Positions 18,796 through 29,430 of a DNA stretch of 47,770 bases are shown here, one piece after another (the stretch's first letter is position 1; the number at the start of each line of letters is the position of its first letter). The stretch lies in the NCBI GenBank assembly GCA_046545795.1, contig JBKGZD010000003.1:1-47770 (forward strand). The letters run 5' to 3'. The notes under the pieces are model-generated. The model searched no databases, had not been told where the DNA came from, and worked only from the letters and a program-made list of their open reading frames with translations. Origin of the DNA: Bacteroidales bacterium. Its GTDB lineage: Bacteria > Bacteroidota > Bacteroidia > Bacteroidales > UBA12077. The translations under genes and the position numbers were made by a program.

Positions 18796-19980
18796 TCAAT
18801 AAACCTGAAGTACTAATCCTTTTAAATACTCTCCTTCAGGGTGGAAAATACTTATGGGATGATCTGGTGGCTGAGTCATTTGATGCAGAATTTTGACATT
18901 TCGACCAGCCGATGCACTGGCAGCAAAAACCATTTTCCTGAAATTCTCTGTACTAACCACTTGTGAACAAGAAAATGTAAAAAGTACTCCTCCGCTTCTA
19001 ATTTTTTCTATAGCCAGCCTGTTTAACCTCTTGTATCCTTGTAAAGCATTGGATAGCACATTATTATGTTTTGCAAAGGCCGGAGGATCAAGTACAATCA
19101 GATCATATACTTTTTCCATCTCTTTTAAATAAGAAAAAGCATCTGCAGTAATCCCTCTGTGATTATCGCCTGGATAATTTAATTTTACATTATGATCAGC
19201 CAAATCAATTGCTTTTGATGAACTATCAACCGTGTCTACAGATTCACAGTTTCCTGCAATAGCATATACTGAAAAACCACCTGTATATCCAAATAAATTC
19301 AATACATTTTTATCCTCCGCATATTTTTTCAGCAAAAGCCTGTTTTCACGCTGATCGATATAAAACCCGGTCTTCTGCCCTTCTTCCCAATTGATCTTAA
19401 ATTGAAGTTCGTGTTCTTTCACATTATTCTCTGCTCCCTCGCCATAAAGGTAATAATTGTCTTTTTCTATATCAGCTTTATAAGGAAGGGTAGAAACACT
19501 TTTATTAAATATTCCAGTTAATTTCTTGTCCAGAATTTCCTTAAGTCCTTCTGCTATTAATTTAATGTTACGGTACATTCCAACTGAATGAAGCTGAACA
19601 ACAGCAAAACCATTATAATAATCAACAATTAAGCCGGGTAATCCATCTCCCTCAGCATTAATTAACCTAAAAACACTGGTTGTAGAACTATCCAACAGAC
19701 CAATCATTTTGCGCAGATCACATGCCTTTTCTATTTTTGATTTCCAGAATGTATCATCTATGGGAATATCCTGAAAGGTAAGTATCCGAACAGCAATCGT
19801 TCCCATTTGATAATGTCCCTTACCAAGAAATTCATCTTTATTGTCATATACACTAACAACATCTCCTTCCACTGGTGTATCGCCTTTAATCTTTTTTATA
19901 GCCCCGGAAAACACCCATGGATGGTATCTTCGTAACGATTGGTCTTTCCCTGATTTAAGAATAACTCGTATTTCTTTCAT
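18796..19980 (-). CDS. rlmI: RlmI/RlmK-family 23S rRNA methyltransferase (PUA plus SAM domain)
   Basis: HPWVFSGAI, EGDGLPGLIVD, GQKTGFYIDQRENR, VLNLF.YTGGFS, LDPPAF, TFSCS. True start taken as ATG 19980 (MKEIRV). Confidence 0.88.
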   Translation of the reverse strand: MKEIRVILKSGKDQSLRRYHPWVFSGAIKKIKGDTPVEGDVVSVYDNKDEFLGKGHYQMGTIAVRILTFQDIPIDDTFWKSKIEKACDLRKMIGLLDSSTTSVFRLINAEGDGLPGLIVDYYNGFAVVQLHSVGMYRNIKLIAEGLKEILDKKLTGIFNKSVSTLPYKADIEKDNYYLYGEGAENNVKEHELQFKINWEEGQKTGFYIDQRENRLLLKKYAEDKNVLNLFGYTGGFSVYAIAGNCESVDTVDSSSKAIDLADHNVKLNYPGDNHRGITADAFSYLKEMEKVYDLIVLDPPAFAKHNNVLSNALQGYKRLNRLAIEKIRSGGVLFTFSCSQVVSTENFRKMVFAASASAGRNVKILHQMTQPPDHPISIFHPEGEYLKGLVLQVY

Positions 19981-20080
19981 GTGGTTATTTTGAATTTTTT
20001 TAAAGTCATATGGAATTCGCAAGTAAAAAATAAAAATTACGGCTTGTATATCAGATGATTATTTTTTACATGTTTGTTTA
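19981..20080. repeat. Dispersed palindromic element, copy D (decayed; fills the whole intergenic gap)
   Basis: GTGGTTATTTTGAATTTTTTTAAAGTCATATGGAA matches the tail and arm. AAAATAAAAATT, TTGTATA and ATGATTATTTTTTACATG align collinearly with copy B. Confidence 0.65.
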
Positions 20081-20082
20081 TT

Positions 20083-20664
20083 TTAATTACTCTCTGTTAA
20101 TTTATTATAAAGTTCATAGCAAATCCAGGCATCAGTTGCTGCATATTTAAGCTGGGCAGGGGTTAAAATATTATTTTCCCAGTTTGAAAGTCGCTGAGAT
20201 TTAGAAATTCTACCCTCTAAAACAATAGCAGATAATTTTTTCAGGCCTGTATTCTGAATGTCCAAATCCTGTGCTAAATCCTGGAGGTCAATAAAATTTC
20301 CAGGTTTAAAAGGTTTGGCTTTTTTTAGGTCCTTTAGATCATCCTTAATAGCTACTCCTATTTTCAGAATTGAATTATCTGACAGAATATTTACTAACTC
20401 GTCAGGGAAACCAATATGATTAAGTCTGAATAAAAATGCTTTATCGTTTGTTGCAAGTTGCAATAAGGCAGTTTTGTTCACTTTTCCTTTCTTAAAGCTG
20501 GGTTTTGCTTCTGTATCGAATCCCAGCTTATCATACTTTTTGATTAAAGGGATGGCAATATCCAACTTTTTTTGGTTGTCTATCAAAAAAATATCTCCGT
20601 CAAATACTTTTCGGGGTAATTTTTTAATTTCTTCGTTTGTAATTGATTTTTTAAATTTCATCAT
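20083..20664 (-). CDS. 3'-5' exonuclease (DEDDy; RNase D/WRN-like)
   Basis: GFDTE, LLQLA, K.GV.I.DD, LSNWE...L...Q..YAATDA. Start at 20664 or 20661; the longer ORF-track N-terminus is an overlap artefact. Confidence 0.9.
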   Translation of the reverse strand: MMKFKKSITNEEIKKLPRKVFDGDIFLIDNQKKLDIAIPLIKKYDKLGFDTEAKPSFKKGKVNKTALLQLATNDKAFLFRLNHIGFPDELVNILSDNSILKIGVAIKDDLKDLKKAKPFKPGNFIDLQDLAQDLDIQNTGLKKLSAIVLEGRISKSQRLSNWENNILTPAQLKYAATDAWICYELYNKLTESN

Positions 20665-21271
20665 CCCTCTCTTTTGACTGTCTTTTCTTTTCATCAAAAA
20701 GCCAATTACGCTGCTCATCCGTATTATTTTCCCCGGAATCCTCCTGTTCATCCAGTTGTTCATCACTATAATACAAACGATGTAAAATCCGTAATGCATT
20801 CAGTAGCTTGATACCCCAATATTCCTGGAAATTATATATCAATTCCCAGAGGGAGCTCATCATTAAATCTTCATTCCCCAATCCATATGCAACGATAAAA
20901 TTTTTCAGGTCCTGGTATATATCTGCAAAATTATCAGACAGGCTCATAATGCTAACTTCTCCCTCTTCCTTTGAAACTGGATCAAAAACATCTAAATATT
21001 CATCGTGATACCCTAATTTCATTTTTACTTTGTTGTATATATCATTCCACTCCATCTCAGTTACAAACTTCTCAGCAGGTTCAAATCCAGTATCTTCGGG
21101 GTGAGGAATTTGAGAAGCATGGAAATAAAGTGATGATAAAAGCCGGAGAGCTTTATTTATAAAAGCAACCTTATCAAAATTTTGAGTGTTTTCTGCAAAA
21201 GTACAGTAATTTCCAGCTATACTCACAAATTCTGTAATATTTTCATTTTCCAGAAACTTATTAGCATCCAT
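20651..21271 (-). CDS. DUF5063 family protein
   Basis: EFV..A..YC.F.E, FVTE..W, D.YLDVF, S.SD..ADIYQDLKNF, F..YWG..L.NALR.LH. Confidence 0.82.
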   Translation of the reverse strand: MDANKFLENENITEFVSIAGNYCTFAENTQNFDKVAFINKALRLLSSLYFHASQIPHPEDTGFEPAEKFVTEMEWNDIYNKVKMKLGYHDEYLDVFDPVSKEEGEVSIMSLSDNFADIYQDLKNFIVAYGLGNEDLMMSSLWELIYNFQEYWGIKLLNALRILHRLYYSDEQLDEQEDSGENNTDEQRNWLFDEKKRQSKERDDEI

Positions 21272-21292
21272 AACACGAAATTATTTTAGGGG

Positions 21293-21300
21293 CAAAAGTA
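21293..21300 (-). promoter_or_regulatory. Bacteroidota -7 element (TACTTTTG) for the DUF5063-exonuclease-rlmI run
   Basis: Exact TAnnTTTG, 21 bp upstream of the ATG. Confidence 0.5.
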
Positions 21301-21417
21301 AGAAAATTTCCGCATTATAACTGACGGTTCACCGCAGCGGAAGTCTTTTTGTTATATTGCTGAAAGGCGAGGCTAAAGCTGAGGAAGCAAAAGATGCTTC
21401 TCTAATATCTATTCATA

Positions 21418-21513
21418 ATGGTTATTTTTTAAGGTCAGATGGAACTTACCATGATAAAATAAACATTGTCTTTTGTGATAATCATGTTTCTTTTATCATA
21501 GACGTTTCATAAA
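21418..21513. repeat. Dispersed palindromic element, copy B (near-intact, inverted relative to A)
   Basis: AAGGTCAGATGGAACTTACCATGATAAAATAAACAT-TGTCTTTTGTGATAATC-ATGTTTCTTTTATCATAGACGTTTCATAAA; lies 6 bp from the recQ stop. Confidence 0.9.
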
Positions 21514-21519
21514 TATAAA

Positions 21520-23427
21520 CTATTTATTCCATGTATAGAGATCACCATCCGCTTTCACAATTTTCTTATGTTCAAGTAACCAGTTGAAAACTTTCAATAC
21601 TTTCTCTTTGTCATAGTCTACTTGTTCTATAAGTTGCTCAATGGTAACCTGGGAGTCCAGTAAATTCCCTTTTAACTGTTTTAAAATGCTATCAAACTGA
21701 TATGAACTTAGCTGGAGTTCATTTTTCTGGAGGCAAACATCACAATGTCCACACCTGTATGCATCTTTCTCGCCAAAATATTTAAGAAGCTGAATACTTC
21801 TGCATATTCTGTCATTCTCAGCATATTCAAGTACTGCATTTAGTTTGTTAACATATTGTTTCTTACGGTCTTTATAATTTTCAGGAGAAATATATAAATT
21901 CTTTCTTTTAAGCCTTTCTTCTGTATAAACAATCATAGGTGTTTTCTTATACGGGATATAATCTATAATTTTAAAATATTTAAGCCGATTCAATATTTTG
22001 TATATTGTCTCAACCTCAGCATTAAGTTTTTTGGCAATTGCCTTTTCTTCTATCTTAACATAATTGGTAAAAACGCCAGTATAGGAGCGTAGTAAAAGTT
22101 TTATAAAGATGTCATATCGTTCGTTAGAAAGCTGGAAATTATAAAGGTCATCCCGGGAAACTATAAAATGTATTTTCGATTTATTAGACAATTCATCTGT
22201 TAACTCTATGTATCCTTCCTTTTGAAGGAATTTAAGACTGCTGTATACATTCATCAGGTTAAACTTATAATTCGATATGAAATTGTAAATGTTAAAATCA
22301 TATGCTTGATTTTTACCACCCTCATAAGGCACGTGAAGATAATTCCCCAGTGCTTCATATACATCTTTAATTTCATTTATTGGCGGGAAATTTTGTTCTT
22401 TTCGTTGTTCAGCTTTCACCCTGTCAGTGTTATTATAAAGCAATACAGCAAAAGCTCTTTTTTCGTCCCTGCCAGCTCTCCCAGCCTCCTGGAAATAAGC
22501 TTCAAGGGTGTCAGGTAAATCAAAATGTATTACAAATCTAACATCCGGCTTATCAATACCCATCCCAAAAGCATTAGTAGCCACCATTATTTTTATATGT
22601 CCCTTTTGCCATTCATCTTGTTTTTTATTTCGTATATCGGGGTCAAGACCTGCATGGTAAAAATCGCTTGAAAAACCCGTTTTTGCCAATAGCTCCGAAA
22701 TCTTTTCAGTTCTGGCACGACTTCGTGTATAAACAATACCAGTACCCTGAATCTTTTTAAGACTCTGCGTAATATATCCTATCTTGTTTTCCACATTTCT
22801 CACTAAGTAAACCAGGTTTTTCCGTTCAAAGCTTTTTTTAAGCACATTATTCTTGCGGAATTTTAATTTTTCCTGGATATCTTTCACAACATCAGGAGTA
22901 GCAGTTGCCGTAAGTGCAAGAAAGGGCGGGTTGTCTTTCAGATGTTCTCTTAAGTTTGCAATATTGAGATAAGAAGGGCGAAAATCATATCCCCATTGGG
23001 AAATACAATGAGACTCATCAATAGCAACAAAATTAACGGTCATTTTTTCAACCCTTGCTTTAAATAAGTCGGTAGCGAGTCTCTCCGGTGAAAGGTATAA
23101 AAATTTATAACCACCAAAAATACAATTATCCAGCGCTAAATCAATTTCATGCTTAGACATTCCTGAATGAACAGCAATCGCTTTGATACCCCGTCTGTTC
23201 AAATTATCAACCTGGTCTCTCATCAGGGCAATTAAAGGAGTAATAACCAAACAAATACCTTCCTTCGCTAAGGCCGGAACCTGGAAAGTAATAGATTTAC
23301 CACCCCCGGTTGGCATTAAGGCTAAGGTATCATTCCCTTCCATCACAGAGTGAATAATCTCCTCCTGCAAAGGTCGAAAACCATCATACCCCCAATATTT
23401 AACCAATATTTGCCTGTAAGTATCCAA
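21520..23427 (-). CDS. recQ: RecQ family ATP-dependent DNA helicase
   Basis: MPTGGGKS, DESHCISQWG.DFRP, ALTATA, ATNAFGMGIDK, QEAGRAGRD, Zn-binding CR..YFGE...CG.CD.C. TTG start. Confidence 0.93.
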   Translation of the reverse strand: MDTYRQILVKYWGYDGFRPLQEEIIHSVMEGNDTLALMPTGGGKSITFQVPALAKEGICLVITPLIALMRDQVDNLNRRGIKAIAVHSGMSKHEIDLALDNCIFGGYKFLYLSPERLATDLFKARVEKMTVNFVAIDESHCISQWGYDFRPSYLNIANLREHLKDNPPFLALTATATPDVVKDIQEKLKFRKNNVLKKSFERKNLVYLVRNVENKIGYITQSLKKIQGTGIVYTRSRARTEKISELLAKTGFSSDFYHAGLDPDIRNKKQDEWQKGHIKIMVATNAFGMGIDKPDVRFVIHFDLPDTLEAYFQEAGRAGRDEKRAFAVLLYNNTDRVKAEQRKEQNFPPINEIKDVYEALGNYLHVPYEGGKNQAYDFNIYNFISNYKFNLMNVYSSLKFLQKEGYIELTDELSNKSKIHFIVSRDDLYNFQLSNERYDIFIKLLLRSYTGVFTNYVKIEEKAIAKKLNAEVETIYKILNRLKYFKIIDYIPYKKTPMIVYTEERLKRKNLYISPENYKDRKKQYVNKLNAVLEYAENDRICRSIQLLKYFGEKDAYRCGHCDVCLQKNELQLSSYQFDSILKQLKGNLLDSQVTIEQLIEQVDYDKEKVLKVFNWLLEHKKIVKADGDLYTWNK

Positions 23428-23570
23428 TGCCAGATTAATATTAATTTTCAGGACAAAATAATAAAAAAAGACTTGAAAAGCTTTTTAAATATTTTAAGAA
23501 TTTATTCGCTATTGTTTACTGATTTTTTTGTATTTTGGCACGATTTAAAATTAATCAAAATATAATATAA

Positions 23571-25040
23571 ATGGGCTTTGAAAAGGATAAAATTCAACTG
23601 GACGGATATACTTTTGATGACGTTCTTTTGATACCAAAATATTCTGAAATATTACCACACGAAGTTAACCTTTCCACAAGGTTTTCAAGAAATATTGATT
23701 TGAATATACCACTTGTGTCTGCTGCAATGGACACAGTAACTGAGGCCGAACTGGCAATTGCAATTTCCAGGCAGGGAGGTATAGGTGTTATTCATAAAAA
23801 TATGTCAATTGAGGAACAGGCCAAACACGTAAAGACAGTAAAAAGGGCTGAAAATGGAATGATATACGACCCAATAACCATTGAAAAAAATGCAACCATC
23901 GGGAAAGCATTAAATCTTATGACAGAATATCAAATTGGTGGTATTCCGGTAGTTGACAAGGATGGTTATCTAATTGGTATTGTAACGAACAGAGATTTAA
24001 GATTTGAAAAAGATTATACACGGCCTGTGGATGATGTAATGAGCAAGGAAAGTATAATAACCACCTCTCAATCGATAGATTTAGAAGAAGCAACTGATAT
24101 TCTGAAACAACATAAAATAGAAAAACTTCCTGTAGTAGACAGCCAAAACAAATTGGTGGGATTACTTACCTATAAAGACATTACAAAAGTCAAAGACAAC
24201 CCAAACGCATGTAAAGATAACAAGGGACGTCTGCGGGTTGCAGCGGCAATTGGTGTAACGCATGATGCGTTAAATAGAGCAGAAGCGCTGGTCAAAGAAA
24301 ATGTTGATGCCATAGTCATTGACACTGCACACGCTCATTCCAAAGGAGTTTTTACTACACTGGAAAAAATTAAAAAGACATTTACCGGGATTGATGTTAT
24401 TGTGGGAAATGTAGGAACAGCAGAGGCAGCAAAAGACTTTGTAAAAGCAGGAGCTGATGCAATCAAAGTAGGAATTGGCCCGGGGTCTATCTGTACAACC
24501 AGAGTTGTCGCAGGTGTTGGTTTACCTCAATTATCAGCAATTTATGAAGTTGCAAGGAACTGTAGTGAAGAAAATATTCCAGTTATTGCAGATGGCGGGG
24601 TGAGATATTCCGGCGATTTGGCAAAAGCCATAGCCGCAGGAGCTGATTCTATAATGGCAGGTTCTCTTTTTGCAGGCGTTGAAGAGTCACCCGGTGATAC
24701 GATCATATACCAGGGAAGAAAATTTAAAACATACAGGGGAATGGGCTCTGTAGAAGCTATGCAAAGAGGTTCCAAGGACAGATATTTTCAAGATTTAGAA
24801 GAAGATGTTAAAAAACTGGTACCTGAAGGCATCAGTGGACGTATACCATATAAAGGCACCCTGGAAGAAGTTGTATATCAACTTATAGGTGGATTAAAGG
24901 CTGGGATGGGCTATTGTGGTGCTCCTGATATAAACAGTTTAAAGAAAGCTGAATTTGTCAAAATAACAAGTGCTGCTGTCATAGAAAGCCACCCTCACGA
25001 TGTGGCTATTACAAGAGAAGCACCTAATTATAGTAGATAA
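23571..25040 (+). CDS. guaB: IMP dehydrogenase
   Basis: [18 protein letters not shown] pair, [27 protein letters not shown]. Confidence 0.98.
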   Translation: MGFEKDKIQLDGYTFDDVLLIPKYSEILPHEVNLSTRFSRNIDLNIPLVSAAMDTVTEAELAIAISRQGGIGVIHKNMSIEEQAKHVKTVKRAENGMIYDPITIEKNATIGKALNLMTEYQIGGIPVVDKDGYLIGIVTNRDLRFEKDYTRPVDDVMSKESIITTSQSIDLEEATDILKQHKIEKLPVVDSQNKLVGLLTYKDITKVKDNPNACKDNKGRLRVAAAIGVTHDALNRAEALVKENVDAIVIDTAHAHSKGVFTTLEKIKKTFTGIDVIVGNVGTAEAAKDFVKAGADAIKVGIGPGSICTTRVVAGVGLPQLSAIYEVARNCSEENIPVIADGGVRYSGDLAKAIAAGADSIMAGSLFAGVEESPGDTIIYQGRKFKTYRGMGSVEAMQRGSKDRYFQDLEEDVKKLVPEGISGRIPYKGTLEEVVYQLIGGLKAGMGYCGAPDINSLKKAEFVKITSAAVIESHPHDVAITREAPNYSR

Positions 25041-25068
25041 AAATTGCTTGAATTAAATCATTTTAGTT

Positions 25069-27045
25069 ATGAAGAAAATTACGGTTCTGATTTTCCTTTT
25101 TACCTTGTTGGTTAATACTATTGAAGCTCAGAAAAATAATGATATTTTCTTATCTATAGATGGTAAGGAAATAACTAAAGAAGAGTTTGTCAGAATATAC
25201 AAGAAAAACAACAGAAACCTGGATTCCGGGAAGAAAACATCAGTTGATGAATACCTGGATATGTTTATAAACTTAAAACTGAAGGTTGCAGAAGCTGAGA
25301 ACATGGGCATAGATACTATCACTTCAGTTAAGGAAGAAATAAAGAAACATAAAGACGAACTTGCAAAACCATACCTTATTGACAGCCAGAAGTTTAAAAA
25401 TATGGCGAAAGAAGCTTATGAGAAAAGTCAAAAAGAAATCAAAGCCAGTCACATTTTGGTAAAATTCCCCCAGAAGAAATCATACGAAGATACCCTTAGA
25501 GCATATGAAAAAACAAAAAATATAAGAAAAAGAATTATTAAGAAAGATGAGGATTTTAAAGAGGTAGCTGTAGCCACATCTGATGACCCATCAGTAAAGA
25601 CTAATGAAGGCGATGTTGGGTACTTTTCCGTATTTAAAATGGTTTACCCCTTTGAAAACGCTGTTTATCAAATGGATCCAGATGAAATATCAAAACCTGT
25701 ACGAACACAATATGGTTATCATATCATAAAAAAAACTGATGAAAGAGAAGCAAAAGGTAGGATTAAAGTTGCACATATTTTGTTTCTTGCCCCTGAATCA
25801 ATGGAAAAATCAAAGAGAGAAGCGAAAAAAGAAGAAATCAATGATATTTACCATAAATTAATGTCAGGAGAGAATTTTGAAGAGCTTGCCAGGGAACATT
25901 CGGAAGATAAAGGCTCTGCAAGAAATGGTGGAGAACTACCCTGGTTTAGTGTTGGCAGAATGGTGCCAGAATTTGAAGAAGCGGCATTTTCACTTGAAAA
26001 TAAAGGAGATATAACAAGACCCGTAAAAACAAGAATTGGATGGCACATAATAAAACTTTTAGACAGAGAAGAAATCGGCTCTTTCGAAGAAGCAAAGAAA
26101 ACCATAGAAAATAAAATTCAAAACGACGAAAGATACCAAATTGCAAGAGATTCACTAATTGAAGATTTAAAAAAGAAATATGATTTTGAATTAAAAAAGG
26201 AAAATTTAGCTAACATAAAAGATAAACTCTTAAATGAAGAGGACGAACTTTTAACTTCGAAAATTTCATCTTTAACAAACAATAAAGAAATTCTTTTCAA
26301 TTTTAACGAAACAGACTATAAAGTCAGCGATTTCGCTTCTTATCTGAATGAACTACCAGATGACCTTAAAAATAATTACAAAGACAAATACCTTTTTGAT
26401 AAAGCCCTGGAAAGATTTATCTCAAGCAAAATTATTGACTACGAAAAATCGTTATTAAAAGACAAATACAAAAATTATAAATATGCCTTAAGAGAGTATT
26501 ATGATGGTATCCTGCTTTTCGAGATTATGGACAGAAAAGTTTGGGAGAAGGCATCAGAGGATACGGCCGGTTTGGAAAAGTTCTATCAAAAGAATAAAAA
26601 TAAATATATGTGGCCCCAGCAATACGAGGGAAAAATCTATTTGTGTGATGATGAATCAACCTTAAAGAAAGTTAAAAAAATGAAGAAGGGGGGGTTATTC
26701 AAAAAATCCCATTCAGATGAAAAAATTATAGAAGAACTAAACACTGATGAAAAAACAAAAGTTGAAATCAAAAAGGGAACTTTCCAAAAAGGAGATAATC
26801 CAATTATTGATTATCAGGTATGGAATATTGGAAATGACAAGGATTTACCTCAGGATAAATATTTTATGGTACAAGGAGAGATTATCCAGGAAAGAATAAA
26901 AACGCTTAAAGAGGCACGAGGTGAAGTAATTGCGGACTACCAGGAACAGTTGGAAGAGGAATGGATAAACGAACTTAGGGAAAAATACCAGGTTGATATA
27001 AACCAGGAAATTTTGGAAGAAGTAAAGCAAGAACTTTCTAAATAA
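25069..27045 (+). CDS. Periplasmic parvulin-type peptidyl-prolyl isomerase (two rotamase domains)
   Basis: Signal peptide; ASHIL...SDDPS...GD.GYF...MVYPFE...GYHII and VAHIL...GGELPWF...MVPEFE...GWHII. Confidence 0.9.
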   Translation: MKKITVLIFLFTLLVNTIEAQKNNDIFLSIDGKEITKEEFVRIYKKNNRNLDSGKKTSVDEYLDMFINLKLKVAEAENMGIDTITSVKEEIKKHKDELAKPYLIDSQKFKNMAKEAYEKSQKEIKASHILVKFPQKKSYEDTLRAYEKTKNIRKRIIKKDEDFKEVAVATSDDPSVKTNEGDVGYFSVFKMVYPFENAVYQMDPDEISKPVRTQYGYHIIKKTDEREAKGRIKVAHILFLAPESMEKSKREAKKEEINDIYHKLMSGENFEELAREHSEDKGSARNGGELPWFSVGRMVPEFEEAAFSLENKGDITRPVKTRIGWHIIKLLDREEIGSFEEAKKTIENKIQNDERYQIARDSLIEDLKKKYDFELKKENLANIKDKLLNEEDELLTSKISSLTNNKEILFNFNETDYKVSDFASYLNELPDDLKNNYKDKYLFDKALERFISSKIIDYEKSLLKDKYKNYKYALREYYDGILLFEIMDRKVWEKASEDTAGLEKFYQKNKNKYMWPQQYEGKIYLCDDESTLKKVKKMKKGGLFKKSHSDEKIIEELNTDEKTKVEIKKGTFQKGDNPIIDYQVWNIGNDKDLPQDKYFMVQGEIIQERIKTLKEARGEVIADYQEQLEEEWINELREKYQVDINQEILEEVKQELSK

Positions 27046-27147
27046 AGATTTCTTATAATAGATTAAAGTGTTGTTAAGGAAATAAAGGCTCCACTGGGGT
27101 TGGAAATAGGGTTTAAATGAGGCATTAAAATAAAAAAGGGAATATAG

Positions 27148-27990
27148 ATGAAAAATTGGGTAATCATAATAGCAATATTATTAGCATTTGTAAGTTGTGA
27201 TCAGAAACCAGAGGAAGGGAAAAAACCTATTGCCAAAATTTATGACAAATACTTATACATGTCTGACCTGAAAAGAGTTATTCCAGAAAGCAAAACAGAA
27301 GAAGACAGTGTCCAAATGGCTAAAAAGTATATTGATAAGTGGATAAAAAAACAATTGTTACTTAGGAAGGCAGAAGAAAATCTATCGGATGAAAGTAAGG
27401 ATATCCAAAAACAAATAGATGAGTATAAAACCTCCCTTTTAATATACAAATATCACCAGCAATTAATTGATCAAAAACTGGACACTACAATTAAACAAGA
27501 GGAAATCGAAACATATTATGAGAAAAATAAATCTAACTTTGTTTTGGATAAAAACCTGGTAAAGGCATTATTTATAAAGTTACCTTCAAATACACCCAAT
27601 CTTGACAATATAAAGAGATGGTATAAATCCGACGAACAGGAGGATGTTTCCCGGTTACAGGACTATTGTTACAGATATGCTGAAAAATTTGATGACTTTA
27701 ATGATAACTGGATTATTTTCGATAACCTATTGAATAAAATTGACCATAAAATTGATGATCCTTCTCAATTTTTAAAGAACAATGAATTTTTGGAAGTCGA
27801 AGATTCAAAAAATCAATATTTAATCAGAATTTACGAATACAAATTAAAAGGAGAAACAGCTCCTGTATCTTATGTGAAAGATAAAATAGAAACCCTGCTA
27901 ATTAACAAACGCAAATATCAATTACTGGAAAAATTAGAAAAAGACCTATATAACGAAGCACTAAACAAAAATGAATTTGAGATCTATTAA
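27148..27990 (+). CDS. Conserved lipoprotein of the SurA/PPIase cluster (degenerate PPIase-like)
   Basis: Lipobox FVSC; IAK..D.YLY.SDL and EI..YYE.N..NF motifs; sits between two PPIase genes. Confidence 0.7.
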   Translation: MKNWVIIIAILLAFVSCDQKPEEGKKPIAKIYDKYLYMSDLKRVIPESKTEEDSVQMAKKYIDKWIKKQLLLRKAEENLSDESKDIQKQIDEYKTSLLIYKYHQQLIDQKLDTTIKQEEIETYYEKNKSNFVLDKNLVKALFIKLPSNTPNLDNIKRWYKSDEQEDVSRLQDYCYRYAEKFDDFNDNWIIFDNLLNKIDHKIDDPSQFLKNNEFLEVEDSKNQYLIRIYEYKLKGETAPVSYVKDKIETLLINKRKYQLLEKLEKDLYNEALNKNEFEIY

Positions 27991-27994
27991 AAAT

Positions 27995-29344
27995 ATGAAA
28001 ACTATGTTATTAAACGTAAAGCATTTAATCTTAACAACTATCGTAATTCTATCTTTTTCACTCCCAAACCAAGCACAGGATAAAAAGTTAATTGAACAGA
28101 TAGCAGCAACTGTAGGAGATAAAAAAATCCTGCAATCAGATATAGAAAATCAGCGCCTGCAAGTACAAGCTCAAAGCTATAAAGCACCAACTAAATGTGA
28201 AATTTTAAATGACCTGGTAGCTCAAAAAATGCTACTAATCCAGGCTCAAGAAGACAGTATTACTGTAAGTAACAACCAGGTTGAAGCTGAATTAGAGCAA
28301 AGATTGAGATATTTTATAAGAGAAATTGGCTCGGAAGAAGAATTGGAAAACTATTACAATAAAAATATCCAGGAGATTAGACAAGATCTTCGCAGTTCAC
28401 TCAAAGAGCAGATATTAACCCAGCAAATGCAAAATCAACTTATTGATGATGTTGAAGTTACACCAGAAGAAGTTGAAAAATACTATAAAAACTTACCTAA
28501 AGATAGTATACCAACTATAAATGAAAAAGTTAAAATTAACCAAATCGTTAAATACCCAGGGGAAAATGAAGAAGCGGAAACGAAAGCGCGTGAGCGTTTA
28601 CTGGATCTCCGTAAAAGGATCATTGATGGCCAGCGATTCTCAACCCTTGCAAGGCTTTATTCAGATGACCCCGAAACAGCAAGTAAAGGAGGTGAACTGG
28701 GATACAGAACAGAAGAGGAGCTGGATCCTGCCTTTGCAGATGCAGCATTTGGCTTAAAAAAAGAAGAAATAAGTGGCATAGTTGAATCAGCTTATGGATT
28801 TCACTTAATACAGTTAATCGATCGAAACGATGATGAAGTAAACGTAAGACACTTACTTATTACCCCAGATGTAAGTTATGAGCAAAAACAGGCCGTAAGA
28901 AACAAACTCGATTCAATTTCAACTGAAATAAAAGCCGGAAACATAAGTTTCGAAGAAGCTGCCAGAAAATTTTCTGATGATGATAAATACAGGATGAATG
29001 GAGGTCTTATGGTTAATCCTCAAACCTCAAGCAATACATTTGAATTAGACCAGCTTCCAAGTGCTGACTATGAAACAATTGAAGATCTGGAGAAGGGTGA
29101 TATCTCGGAACCATATGAAGCCCAGGATGAAAATGGAAAATCAGTATTTAAAATTGTACGGATAAAAGACAAAACAGAAAAACACAAAGCCAACCTTAAA
29201 GAGGATTATAGTGAAATAAAAGAGATGGCTCTGGAAAAAAAGAAACAAAAATATATTAGTAGATGGCTGAAAAAGAAAAAGAAAGATACGTATATAAAAA
29301 TTGACAAATCATTTCAAGATTGTGATTTAAAGCTTAGTTTTTAG
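27995..29344 (+). CDS. surA: SurA-like chaperone/peptidyl-prolyl isomerase
   Basis: Signal peptide, SurA N-domain (A.VG...IL.SDIE), rotamase motifs (LARLYSDDP, GGELGY, YGFHLIQL, RHLL). Start at 27995 or 28004. Confidence 0.85.
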   Translation: MKTMLLNVKHLILTTIVILSFSLPNQAQDKKLIEQIAATVGDKKILQSDIENQRLQVQAQSYKAPTKCEILNDLVAQKMLLIQAQEDSITVSNNQVEAELEQRLRYFIREIGSEEELENYYNKNIQEIRQDLRSSLKEQILTQQMQNQLIDDVEVTPEEVEKYYKNLPKDSIPTINEKVKINQIVKYPGENEEAETKARERLLDLRKRIIDGQRFSTLARLYSDDPETASKGGELGYRTEEELDPAFADAAFGLKKEEISGIVESAYGFHLIQLIDRNDDEVNVRHLLITPDVSYEQKQAVRNKLDSISTEIKAGNISFEEAARKFSDDDKYRMNGGLMVNPQTSSNTFELDQLPSADYETIEDLEKGDISEPYEAQDENGKSVFKIVRIKDKTEKHKANLKEDYSEIKEMALEKKKQKYISRWLKKKKKDTYIKIDKSFQDCDLKLSF

Positions 29345-29430
29345 AACCGTGTTGGATTCTGCCTGAAAACTTAAATATCAGAGCCTGGTCCCAAAAATTT
29401 TCATTTTAATACATAATTCCATAAAAAAGA

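Noticed and set aside
19981-20799. ORF-track N-terminal extensions of rlmI (to 20022) and the exonuclease (to 20799)
   Set aside because: The first runs through repeat copy D. The second overlaps DUF5063 by about 150 bp. Family similarity starts at 19980 and 20664/20661.
21322-21402. GC-richer stretch with a small hairpin (GAAGCA-AAAGA-TGCTTC) beside repeat copy B
   Set aside because: Short stem, not repeated elsewhere in the window, and no identifiable RNA motif.
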